A stretch of DNA of 64,000 nt, taken from assembly GCA_964016885.1 (NCBI GenBank), contig OZ024745.1:71486001-71550000 (forward strand), written 5' to 3'. The notes beneath the pieces were generated by a model. That model saw nothing but the letters and a program-made list of their open reading frames with translations, was not told where the DNA came from and ran no database searches. A program made the position numbers and the translations under genes. Positions within the stretch are counted from its first letter, which is position 1, and every line of letters starts with the position of its first letter. Source of the DNA: Eledone cirrhosa (taxonomy: Eukaryota). This document shows positions 44,771 to 57,950 of this stretch, in pieces.

Positions 44771-44925
44771 ATATATATATATATATAAATTGGAATAAAT
44801 GCTCTGAAATAGCGATATATATGTGAATATAGACATAGAATATTCGAAAATATTCTGTATGTTTATAATAAACATTTTGAAGACCTAATCGCTATAGAAT
44901 AGAATACGTCACGTATTACAATTAG

Positions 44926-45014
44926 ATTCTCGATAAAAGCAAGGGAAGTAATCTACGCGTTTCATTCTCGTTAGAAATCATCAGGACTACATATCCAGTG
45001 CTTTTATCGAGAAT
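44926..45014 (-). ncRNA. Type I hammerhead with extended helix I (unit 1)
   Basis: GUAGUC CUGAUGA U-UUCU-AACG-AGAA-U GAAA CGCG UA/ GAUUAC (44948-44990), enclosed by a 16-bp perfect helix ATTCTCGATAAAAGCA / TGCTTTTATCGAGAAT. Confidence 0.88.
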
Positions 45015-45235
45015 GACACAGCTAGAGACTTATAGAATACTTAGCTGTGTACAGGAACTGGTTTGAAAGAGCGGTTGCCGGTCCGGCAGAAATTAGAAAT
45101 TGGAATAAATGCTCTGAAATAGCGATATATATGTGAATATAGACATAGAATATTCGAAAATATTCTGTATGTTTATAATAAACATTTTGAAGACCTAATC
45201 GCTATAGAATAGAATACGTCACGTATTACAATTAG

Positions 45236-45324
45236 ATTCTCGATAAAAGCAAGGGAAGTAATCTACGCGTTTCATTCTCGTTAGAAATCATCAGGACTAC
45301 ATATCCAGTGCTTTTATCGAGAAT
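45236..45324 (-). ncRNA. Type I hammerhead with extended helix I (unit 2)
   Basis: Identical to unit 1, shifted by 310 bp (core at 45258-45300). Confidence 0.88.
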
Positions 45325-45600
45325 GACACAGCTAGAGACTTATAGAATACTTAGCTGTGTACAGGAACTGGTTTGAAAGAGCGGTTGCCGGTCCGGCAGA
45401 AATTAGAAATTGGAATAAATGCTCTGAAATAGCGATATATATGTGAATATAGACATAGAATATTCGAAAATATTCTGTATGTTTATTATGTATATATATA
45501 TATATGTATATATATATGTATATATATATATGTGTATATATATATATATGTATATATATATAAATGTGTATATATATATATGTGTATATTTATATATATG

Positions 45601-45685
<85 letters not shown>

Positions 45686-45786
45686 GTATATATATATATA
45701 TGTGTATATATATATATATATATGTGTATAAATATATATATATGTGTATATATATATATATGTGTATATATATATATATATATGTG

Positions 45787-45843
<57 letters not shown>

Positions 45844-45904
45844 GTGTATATATATATATATATATGTGTATATATATATATATATGTGTGTATATATATA
45901 TATA

Positions 45905-45935
<31 letters not shown>

Positions 45936-45944
45936 GTGTATATA

Positions 45945-45991
<47 letters not shown>

Positions 45992-46094
45992 ATATATATA
46001 TGTGTATATATATATGTGTATATATATATGTGTATATATATATATATATGTGTGTATGTGTATATATATATGTATATATATATATGTATATATA

Positions 46095-46139
<45 letters not shown>

Positions 46140-46200
46140 ATATATATATGTGTATATATATATGTGTATATATATATGTATATATATATATATATATGTG

Positions 46201-46237
<37 letters not shown>

Positions 46238-46240
46238 TGT

Positions 46241-46286
<46 letters not shown>

Positions 46287-47631
46287 GTGTGTGAGTGTGT
46301 GGAGGCATGTGGCCTAGTGGTAAGGGTGTTGGACTTGCGATCATAATGTTGTAGGTTCGATTCCTGGGTTGCAAGTTGTGTTCTTGAGCAAAACACTTCA
46401 CTTAACGTTGCTCCAGGATACTCAGCTGAAAATGAATACCAGCAATAGCTGGGTCTTTAACCCTACGATGGACTAGCATCCTGTCAAGAGTAGTCTTGTA
46501 TTCTCAGTCGCTTCACGCCATGAAACTAGGATAACCGCCGGCTAAATGTATGTATGTATATGTGTTTCCTTTGACATCACCTTTGTGAGATATAGTTTCT
46601 TAAGTTCAGCTTTCACTACCTCTGTCTGTATTTTTTGATCTTCCTCTTCCATAGATTCCCTCTACTTGAAACTCCTGACACTTTTTCACCTGCCGATCAT
46701 TATCCATATATATTACCAATCTGTAACAGTGCAATCTCCTCTCCTGAGCACAATGTCTGATTCCTCTTATGCTTAGTTTTCTCAGCTTATCCATGCTTCA
46801 TTGTTTACATACACAAATATTATAGTCCACCAAAGTAAGTTCAATTCCTTTTTTTCAGCCTTCACAAATATGGAATGTATGAGCAAATAAAGTCACTCCA
46901 GCCCATCTAACCCATGCCAGCATGAAAAGTGAATATAAAATGATGATGATGATGGCAATCAATATATATATAGAAACAAATAGAGAGGCAGATACACACA
47001 TAGACAAACATTACAACTACTGAAGGTGATAAATAGAAATAATAAGAACAATAAGTTGGTTATAACAATGTGAACAGAGAAATATGTTTTATTAACAAAT
47101 AAATCTGTACAACAAATAATAATATTAATAATGGTTTGTAATTTTGGCACAGGCCAGAAATTTGGAGTGAAGGGAAAGTTGAATGCAACAACCTAGTACT
47201 AAACTAGTACTTTATTTTATCAACCTCAATGGGATGAAAGACACCATCAACTTTGGCTGGATTTGAACTCAAAATGCAAAGAGACTTAATAAAATACTGC
47301 AAGTCATTTTGTTTGCTTTTCTTTGATTCAGCCAGCTGCTAGTCTGGATAATGGTTTCTAATTTAGGTACAATGCTAATGAATAAAGGGAAGGGGAGTCA
47401 ATTAAATAAGCCCCAGTAATTGACTGGTACTTTATTTTATTGACCCTGGAGGGATGAAAGGCAAAGTTGACCTCAGAAAGATTGAACTCAGAAAGTAAAG
47501 AGCTGAAACAAATACTACAAAGTATTTTGTCTGATGCTGTAACCACTCTGACAATCCACTGCCCTTAACTGTCTTAATAAATTATTGATAACTGAAATAA
47601 CATTTGAAAGTAGGAATAATAATAATATAAC

Positions 47632-47684
<53 letters not shown>

Positions 47685-47685
47685 A

Positions 47686-47777
<92 letters not shown>

Positions 47778-47788
47778 AACAATATCAG

Positions 47789-48367
47789 CTATTTGATATT
47801 ATTGTTATAATACTGAGGAAAGAAAATATACTGGTTTTTATAAACAGGTACTTCACAATTATAGTTGCCATTATGGTTACTATAGTTCTGAGTCAGTGTT
47901 TCTAATGGTTGCCAAGAAGTTGCTCTTTCATACACAACATCTTTATTCAAAAGTGGTTTGGGATATTTTGAAGAGAGATCTATACCTGTTTGATGGTCAG
48001 AACAAATATCTATTGGAGACAATGAATGGCTTTCAAGTGAACAATGTTGCTGTTGTATATGACCATCATTCCTAGGTGATGGTGGTTCTTTATTTCTTAC
48101 TCCAGCAAGCATTTCATTATTTCCACTAACAAAGCAATTCTCTTGTATAATATTAGCCTGGTTAACGATGCCATAGTAAACATTCTTGATAGCTTTGTTG
48201 TTATTCTCCTTTACAAGGGCATTCTTACCATTTTCTGCATAAGTCAATGAAGAATGGTCATCATAGTCAGTCTGAGAATTGGTCGATGAAGTGTTTTCTT
48301 TTTCTCTTTTTAGATTCTCTGGAATTGACAAATCTTTGTAATTTGCAGTAAAATGTGTATGTTGTAG
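47789..48367 (-). CDS. Putative terminal coding exon of an unidentified host gene (192 aa, low-complexity tail)
   Basis: Acceptor TTTTTTTCTCTCCAG|, then a 579-bp open frame in phase 0 ending in a stop. Non-repetitive sequence. Confidence 0.65.
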   Translation of the reverse strand, partial: LQHTHFTANYKDLSIPENLKREKENTSSTNSQTDYDDHSSLTYAENGKNALVKENNNKAIKNVYYGIVNQANIIQENCFVSGNNEMLAGVRNKEPPSPRNDGHIQQQHCSLESHSLSPIDICSDHQTGIDLSSKYPKPLLNKDVVYERATSWQPLETLTQNYSNHNGNYNCEVPVYKNQYIFFPQYYNNNIK

Positions 48368-48535
48368 CTGGAGAGAAAAAAATGATGAAAAATATTCTAG
48401 TATTCTAGATATTTATAAAAAGTTTTTGAAATATAAAGAAAAGATGTTAAATAAATAAATAGTATTGATTACTATAAGTTTGAAATGTTACACACTGAAA
48501 AAAACATGTTAATATCTTCATCATCACTTAACGAT

Positions 48536-48594
<59 letters not shown>

Positions 48595-49484
48595 TTACAG
48601 CGATCGATCTTGAATTAATTCTATTTGTCTGGTTTGTTAAAATTAATATATATATATATTAAAATAGTTGTTTTGGAAGCCTCATATATATATATACCAT
48701 CATCATCATCATTTAATGTCCATTGTCCATGCTAGCATGTGTTAGACAGGTTGTCCCAGTAGAGGCAAGTTGGGTCAGGTGACCATGTCTTGCTTATACA
48801 GAACTGTTTCTGGCTAGATTTCTACAGCTGGATACTCTTCCTAACACCAACCACATTTATAGTGTGAGCTGGGTGCTTTTTGTTGTGACATCCACATGAC
48901 CACTTTACAGTGTGGGCTGGGTGCCTTTTGTCATGAGACACGACCACACACACACTGATGACACACACAAATACACCCAATCACATGCACACTGACACAT
49001 ATACAGACTAATCATCATTGATTAATGTCAATATTCCACACTAGCAATAACATAAACTCACTCAAACATATGTACACTGATAACATCCACAAACACACTA
49101 ACATGCATTCATACATAAACTCAGACAAAAATAAAGACAAACACGTATGTAAACGTACACACCTACACACAAAGAAAAACAATATAAACGACACACACAC
49201 TCATGAATTGCACTCCACCTACACACACATAATAGTACCAATGATAGACACAGACTCTCCGCATTGACCCTCACCCCTGCTCACTGGACTACTAGCCTGC
49301 CCACTTCGCCCATCCAATAAAATCTTTTATTTTTTTTTTTTCCTTCCTCAACATTCTAACACCCCCACTTTCTCCAAACTTTACTCTTTCCTAATGAAAG
49401 ATTAACATCCGATACATTGAAGTATCCCTGCATATCCCAGTGTTTGTCTTGTTTATCTTAAACTATATACATATCTTCTTCTTT

Positions 49485-51275
49485 GCCCACTTATTCCTGG
49501 GAGTGTCATGGAGTCAGTGTCCTTCTACTGGATCCTGTCAGAAGCAACCATCTCCAATTGATCTGGCTGGATCCCCAAGCAAGACCAGTGAAGCTCATGG
49601 ATGTTATCCAACCCTCTTGCTTGGGGTTTACCTCTGGGTCTCCTGCCTGTTGGTTTTGCCTGTAAAATCTGTTCAGCGATTCTTTCCTAAGACATTCTAA
49701 CCACATGCACATAGTATCGGAGCTGTGATCTCTCAATTCAGAAAAGTAGCGGTTCTACCCAGAGCGACTCTCTTACATATCTTTGAGCTATGCATTCTAT
49801 TGAGTAACATTACTCCAAAGATGCTCCAGAGGAACTCCATTTCAGCTGCTTGTATTCACAATCATATTCTTTCGATCATTACCCAAGATTCATACTGCAC
49901 AAGCTCTTGCAATTCTTGCACAATTCAGCCTCCTGCTTTCGATCACTTGTGAACATAGCCCCAAGATGCTTGGACTTCTCTACCTGCTTCAGTGGAGTCA
50001 CACTCACATATAGAGTGCACTGTGCAGGCTTCCTTGAGAGAACAATTTTCTCAGTCTTCACACCATCGATTTTCATTCCAGCCGTGCAGCACTCAGCATC
50101 AAACCTATTGAGTACATGTCAGAGATCCTTTTCTGGTGAGTTAATACATGGTCATCTGCAAATTCCAGCCAACTGATCTTACACCTACCAGTCATGATAC
50201 CACTTTCAACCTGATTGCATATTTCAATCCAGTTCATGCAGATTATGAACAGGAGAAATGACAGTATGCATCCACATTGAATGGTTTTGATTTAACACCA
50301 TTTATCCAAACACAAATACTCAGGCATTCGTATAGAGACATCGAAGCAACATGAAGCTATGCATCGATCCCATACTCCTGCAGAACTTTCCATAGAAGGT
50401 CCTGTGGAATACAGAAATATGGCTTTTTGAGGTCTACAAAGCAAGCATACACATGGCAATACTCCCATTATTTCTCAAAGATCTGCCATGCTGAGTATTT
50501 AGTTAGCTATGCTGCTTCAGGGCAAAAACACTGTTCGTCAGCTAGCTTGGACTCAACAATCACCCTACATCCCTTTGTTAGACACTTAGCATAGACTTTA
50601 CCAGAGAGGCTTAGAAAGGAGATCCCTCTGTAACTGGAGCAATCTCTCTTGCCTCTCTTTTTGAAAATTGGGATTGTCTCAGTTGCTTCTGACAGGACTC
50701 TCAGGAATAAGTGGGCAAAAAAGAAGCAAACATCACTCCTGATTGCCATTGCTTAGGTGCCTTTCCAGAGAGATCCAGGCTACCCAGCACACATGAGTCA
50801 GCCAGAGAATACCTTCTCTATTTAAGGCTTTTAACATCTTAGGCTGAATTTTATCCATCCCAGCAGCCTTGCTACAATTGTGCTCCTTAATTGCTCTTTA
50901 AATCCTCCAAAGGATTTGTTCTCGTTCCCAAATGCACCTTGTGTACATTAGAAGATGCTGTGGTGACCAGGTTTAGATCAGCAAAGTATTCTTTCCACCT
51001 CACGGGGATGCACCTCCTTAAAAAGAAGAGAAGCCCAGACATGTCCCTGATAACAAGTGTGGCAGAATTTTTCTTATTACGAAGTTGGCAGATGGTCTGC
51101 CAGAACACTTTATGATCTGAAATTGGATTCCAGCTTAATCCCAAAGTCCTTCCATATCTTAACTTTGGATGCCTTTACTGGCTTTGCTGTGATTCTTTGT
51201 GCCTGCTTGTATCACAAGTGCAAGAAGGAGGATTTATTTCTAAACCAAGCTTTGTAAAGCTCCTTCTTTGCTCAG
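49485..51275 (-). mobile_element. Old RTE(BovB-like) LINE remnant; same family at 59810-60555 (+) and 16920-17085 (+)
   Basis: PIFKK..RDCSSYRGISFLSLSGKVYAKCL and KQVEKSKHLG. Shared 3' end GGATAACATCCATGA...CAGGAATAAG. Confidence 0.8.
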
Positions 51276-54214
51276 ATGGCAAATAAAGATTTAGATCAAT
51301 ATACAATGATTTTGATCTCATTGCTCACAACTTGCCCAATGAAATAAGTCAGAGCAGATACTAAATATTAAAATGTTCTGAAACAATAAAATACACCCAG
51401 CACACTCTGAAAGGTGATTGGCATTAGGAAGGGCATCCAGCTGTATAAACCATGCCAAATATGGAATGTATGAGCAAGATGAAATATCCCAGAATTACCT
51501 TGTCTCAGATAGTGTCAAGCCATCCAACCCATGTCAGCATGGAAAGCAAACCTAGAATGATGATGATGACGATTATATACATAGTTTATATGAAGTCATT
51601 GTGAGATATGTAATTAAGAATGTTTAAGAAAAGCTGGTGCAATGCAAATAGGAAATATAATAGTGGACCTAGAGTAAAGTAAGAATGTCAAAATGAAACG
51701 AGTTAATATGTCAAGGTTAGAACCTATTTATAAAATGAAGAGAGAATCAGAATCTTGTTTTTACATACTGTCTTTGTTGTGAGACTGACTGCTAGTGGAA
51801 GTCAGTCAGCAGGAAAAGTGAGAATCCACAGGAGAAGCAGAAATGAAGTTTACACATGTTCTGTATCATGAGGATTAGAGGTATGAATGTTCCAAATTGT
51901 GAGACTGTGCTAGAGAATGTTGACATGGTTGGGGAAAAGTGAGATCAAAATGACAGTGAAGCACATACTCTAACTGATGCTGAAAAGAAAGAGGCATGGA
52001 AGATCTACTACAAAAGACTGCTAATCACACATAATAAATGGTACAGTATTAACCTACCCCATAGGTAAACTCTGATGGTTAGAAAGAAATTAAGCGAGTA
52101 TGTTCCAATGGATGTGTAATTTTAGTGTGCATGAACTGCATAGTATAAATTAGTATGAACTGCATAGTATAAATTAGCCAAGAGAAAAATGTAGTATAAG
52201 AGGATTTGGATATTATGTGCAAAAGAGAAGAGTGCATTTGTGTAGACCTTTGATGCATATGGAAATGCAGAAAAATTTCAGTCAATGAAATTTGTGGAAG
52301 AAGTCGACAAAGAAAGCTATAGGATGAAGTAGCTAAGACCAACCTTAAAAAGTTGAACCTCACAACAAAGATGACAAAGGGCCATGAGGATTGGTAACAT
52401 GTGGTACTGAAGAAAACTCACCTACCAGCATAAAGGACCTGGTCCATTCATGCCACTCCACCTCCTCTATCACCCCTTAGTGTTACAAGCACTGTTACAC
52501 TAAAGGTTAACATGGTGAGAGACTGGAGGCTACAATGTTTGGCAATTGAACTGAGACAATATAGGCTCTGAGAGGACAACCTCTACAGTTGGTGCCACAA
52601 TAAAATACACTCAGTCCACTCTGTAAAGTGGTAGTGCTGGTGACATGAAAAACATAGCTAGTTACACTCAGTAAGGTGACTGCATTTGAAAGGACATCTA
52701 GCCATAGAAACCATGCCAAATATGGAATGTATGAGCAAGATGAGGTCACTCCAAACCAGCTGAACAGGGACTATGGCGTATGATGATGATGATGATGATA
52801 ATGGTGGTGATATACTATGATTAACTGTAAATAAAGTGGCAAGATAAGTTTCAACCCTTCCAATTCTTCTTCCCCAAGTCTCCTTTCATACTAATATATT
52901 ATCTAATACAGGTACAACATCGATTTTCTGGTAACTGATGATCCGGCACCTCTTTTTTATCCAGATATAATATTTGGTGGACATTTGGATGTTCTGCCAA
53001 CCGCCGAACAACTTAACTAGTGTTAGGAGGATACCACGTGTATTTAGATTTAATTTTAAACATTTGTGCCTTCATATTATTGTAGTTGAACGGTATAGAG
53101 AGTCTCTTCGACTTTGTAATATGTTTCTAGTTAATTGTCGCAGTTGGTGGTGAATTGATGGTTGCTTTTGTTTGTTGTTTTTTTCCTCTTGCTTTGATTA
53201 AATATTTTTGTGCATTATTCTTGTGAGGTTCCTAGCAATAATTAACAGTAGTTATTATTTGTGTTTATATTTTCATTCTGCACGAATTATAAACAATTCG
53301 TAATGTTATTTAAATTATATGAATAAAATTCATTTTTAATTAATTATTATCTAATCTTGCAAAGCAGATAATCCAGCATGGCTGTGGGACCAAGGGTAAT
53401 GAAATTGCTTTGTAAATAAACAGCTTTTACCTCAGCTACTTTAATCACAGTTTTCAGAAATAGCAGATGCTCATGGCTTTATGTAATAAAACTTGAACAT
53501 CTTGCCAAAAATATAACACCACAATAACATCAGGATATTAACAGATTATTTAGGATCTTACAAAATCATCACAACAATAATCTTTGTATTCTGGAAGATA
53601 ACTCTTGGATGTTATTTTTATTTTCTTTCAGAGTTAAGTCCCTTGAGAATTACATTTGAAGCGTAAATAAAATCATACATAATTTATATTATAATGATTT
53701 TACTGCATATATAATATATCGATGAAAGCGCGTAGATTGATAGAATGTTTGGTAAATGATCAGAAGGCCGTCAGTTCGGTGTCCGATTACGCGTTGTGTC
53801 CTTGAGCAAGATACATTATTTCACATTGTCCCAGTCCACTCAATTTGCAAAAATACGTTACAACTAATTCAAATGGCCAACCGTGTCACACTGGATTTCC
53901 TTCCCTGTCAACTATGTTAAGAATACACGTATCTGTGGAATGCACAGGCACTTGCACGTTAATTTCATTAGCAAGCTGGAATACTCGTCGATGATACTGA
54001 CGGAGGGGCAATACAATAATAACTGGAGTCTGTAGATAGTTAGATCCCATACACATGTTACGTTAGGTAATTGTAATGTCAAACAAGGAAAGGATTCAGA
54101 AGATTGAATAAAGGTTCTGAATGAACAATAAAATAAAGTAAAAGCAAACACATTACAAGATTTTGTGCTTATGAATTAGGAATACACACCATTATAATTT
54201 AACGCGTTTTCCCT

Positions 54215-54269
<55 letters not shown>

Positions 54270-54341
54270 GGTGTTCCAAAAAAATGAATACACACTTCAA
54301 CGGCATTCTAATAAAAGTGTGTATACTTTTTTTTAACAACC

Positions 54342-54372
<31 letters not shown>

Positions 54373-54527
54373 GGAATGTAGAAAAATAACACACGAGTTG
54401 ATATATATATAAAGAAATAGTAAAAAGGAAAAAAGATTTTTCAGTAGAAAATGCTGGAGAGATTTTTTCAGTATAATATCAAAAGATATATATATATACA
54501 TATATACACATATATATACATATATAT

Positions 54528-54554
<27 letters not shown>

Positions 54555-54558
<4 letters not shown>

Positions 54559-54762
54559 AATTAATTAAATAATGAATAAACAAAGAAACAGTTCCTTATA
54601 TTAAAAAAATTCATCATTTTACGATCGTTTCTAGGATATATATGTGTTAGAGTTGGTATGCATATTCTATAGATCTAACATATATATCCTAGAAACGATC
54701 GTAAAATGATGAATTTTTTAATATAAGGAACTGTTTCTTTGTTTATTCATTATTTTATTAAT
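54555..54762. repeat. Palindrome with ~90-bp arms adjacent to (TA)n
   Basis: CATTTTACGATCGTTTCTAGGATATATATG ... CATATATATCCTAGAAACGATCGTAAAATG. Confidence 0.9.
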
Positions 54763-54870
54763 TTATCTTGACTCTGTTTTCCGTTTATTTTTCACCGAAA
54801 GTAGTTTTTGAATGCATCTTCTCTTTTCATGATATCCGGATTACATTGAGTTCTTCATATGGTAGATTTA

Positions 54871-54936
<66 letters not shown>

Positions 54937-57880
54937 TATACACATATATTTATACACAAAATATATACATATATATATATATACATATATACACATATAT
55001 ATATATATACATATATACACATATATATATATATATACACATACATATATATCACCTTGACCGACCAGTCTGTTGGGCGCCAATCGGTGCCGCTGGTCAC
55101 AGCACGTCATGCTGTTTTAGCCATAAGATAACGCCATCCCACTGGCTGGGCAGGCAGGCCGGTACTCATTTCTACAGCTGAGTAAACTGGAGCAACGTGA
55201 AATAAAGTGTCTTGCTCAAGGAAACAACACATCACCCGGTCCGAGAATTGAACTCACCTTTCGATTGCAAGCCCAATACTTTAACTACTAAGCCATGCGC
55301 CTTCACATATATATATACACATATATATACATACACATATATATATACATATATATACATACATTATATATATACACACACACACATCATCATCATTTCC
55401 CATTAAATGGGGACCACAATGCACAATGGTCAGACAATAGTAGATGACGGACGTGATGTACACATTCACCACTTCTGCACGACTATTCAGGGGTAGCTTC
55501 CTCTAGGCCCATTTCCAGGTAAAAGTGACCACTCTGCTTGTTATTTTGTCACAGTGTTTGTCTATTTGGAGGTCTGGACCAAATTAGACACCAAGCAATT
55601 CAACTGATCCAGCTATCCAGCGATGCTATTGAACAGCATGGATCTGCCTTTCCAGGTGCCAGTCTGCAGGCCTACTGACTTTTCCTGGATGGATCTGTCT
55701 GGAATGGCACATGTTTACACCCTGCTACCGGACTACCAATGACAAGTGCCAAACTTGTCACTAACACCTTGACCAAAATTTTAAACTCTGCATTTAGCAG
55801 AGTTACGGGCCTAAAATTATCTATATGGTCCCCCTTGTTCAAGTTTTCTCAACGATGCTACCATGCCTCAGCTCATAGAACTGGGAATTCTCCCATTCTG
55901 CTGCCAGTTGATGTAGACATTCACTAAGATGTCACCTAACAAGTCTTGCATGTTTGCATAAAGTTCATGAGTCAATTTGTGCAGTTAGCCATGATGTCCC
56001 ATATTTCATTGGCTGTTATTGGCTTTTTGCAACACTCCACCTCCCTTGTTAAGAACCATGGCAGACCATCAAGGTAGACTCTGAAATCCATCCCTCAATC
56101 CAGCCTGCCACTGCTCCCGATCCCGAACATTTCAGCGAAGTATCACTGATAGTTAAAACATTCACATCCCAACCACATGGTTTTGTGTTTAATCCCACTG
56201 CATGGCACCTTGGGTAAGAGTCGTCTGCTACAACCTTGAGCTGACTAATCCCTTGTTAGTAAATTTGGTAGACATAAACTATGTGGAAGACCATTGTATG
56301 TGTATGCGTATGTGTGTAGTAGAGGTAGCTTGCCAAATGTTTAAAAAGTTTGGTACACAATCATCAGGTCCCTGGTTAGATTCAATTACATAGCATTTTG
56401 AACAAGTCTTGTGAATGAATTTAGTTAGACAGAAATTGTTTGAAAGCCCATCAGATGGACTGTGAATGCTGAATCTGCCTGAAAATTACGTTAAACATAC
56501 ATGTGTCTATGGAATGCTCAGTTACATACACATTAATTTCACAAGCAGGCTGTTCTATATATGTATGTATCTCCTACATAAACAATATATCCAACAGTTT
56601 AACATTTTGACAAAGATCAATGAAATAAGTATCACATTTATGGGTTGTCATCAGGAAGAATATTCAGTCAGAGAAAACTGCTGCAAAAAAGCATGGAAAA
56701 GTTGTAATACGTGCGCACACACACATACTCATACACACATTCACTCACACATATATATATATATATTAGATAAGTAGGTAGGTACATGTGTGTGCAGCGT
56801 ACAAGTAGGGTCCACCACAGCTTAGTTCTAAGTACCCTTTTATATCATACCAGGCCATAACAGAGGAGTTTACGACTGGCTGTCCATGAGAAATCTTGTA
56901 ATACTGATGACCTCGTTCTTATAGCTGAATCTGTAGTAGGAAAGCAAAACTTAAAAATGAGTAGCTGTAAAGAAGAAAGGACCCTGCTACCACCATGATT
57001 GATATACAGCAAAGGAGTAGGAGGATATTTCATATAGTATGCTCAATGTAAACTACAAATAGTTGATATTATTACCTAGTTGACCAAGGTTTGAAAGCAA
57101 AATAGCCAAAATAGGAACTGGGTGGAAAATATCAGAGTGAAAGGCAGATTCTATGATGTTTATGTATGAAGTGTAATGCTGCATGGTAACAAGACATGAG
57201 ACTTAAATGCAGAGGAATCATAGGATTAAAGGCCTTTTCTCTTTGATGATTGCCTCTAAGAATAGTGACCTCCAAGAGATGGTTCATCTTCTGCCTGACA
57301 GTTAAGCATGTACCATTGCATAGATATAGTTGGTCCACGTTGCTCAAAAGGATGATGGAAGTTCCAATCTTTTATATTATATGTAGATATAGATAATTAT
57401 ATATGTGTGTGAGTGTGTGTGCATGTGTATGTCTGTGTGTTTGCGTGTGTGTGTGTGTAAATCAGTGTTCGAATTCATGGAGATGCTGGCCGTGAAATGC
57501 AATCATCAATGACAATGAATGCAGAGAGAATCCCTTATGGTTGATTAACAACCTGTTAGAAATAGCAGCCAGGTTGGTTAGGATACCCGAAATGTTTTTG
57601 TTCTTCTTTGATGATATAAAGTTAGTATCAATAAATCTTCCTTAATATACCCTTATTCCATTGCTGTACTTACTTTTCAATTGTCAGTTTTCGTTTTTCT
57701 GTGATGTGCAAAGGAACCAACCAACCAATAAACATCTTTTAAATTATGTATGGATGATAGACGGTTTTAATATCAATATAAACAATTTAAAATGGTAGGT
57801 TTAGTATCATATAACAAAAGGTAGTTTTATGGGGGTTGGTATCAAAAGGGTTAAAAGATTTTCAGTAATTAGAATCTTAC

Positions 57881-57950
57881 TTCTTTGTTGCATCCAGTCC
57901 CAGTATCATTATCATTCAAAACATTATCAAACATTGGCTCTTTATCAGAT
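57881..57950 (-). CDS. Putative internal 70-bp exon of the same gene (SDKEPMFDNVLNDNDTGTGCNKE)
   Basis: TCTTTTGTAG| ... |GTAAG. Phase 2 in and phase 0 out, matching both neighbouring exons. Confidence 0.55.

Larger units (their letters stand above)
44787..45486 (-). repeat. 310-bp tandem repeat (2.26 copies) carrying one hammerhead per unit; retrozyme-like
   Basis: TGGAATAAAT recurs at 44791, 45101 and 45411. The copies look identical and are flanked by (TA)n. Confidence 0.95.

Noticed and set aside
52935-52960. CTGATGA at ~52935 and an adjacent semi-open minus-strand frame
   Set aside because: There is no GAAA or helix partner, and the frame has a stop and no recognisable motif.
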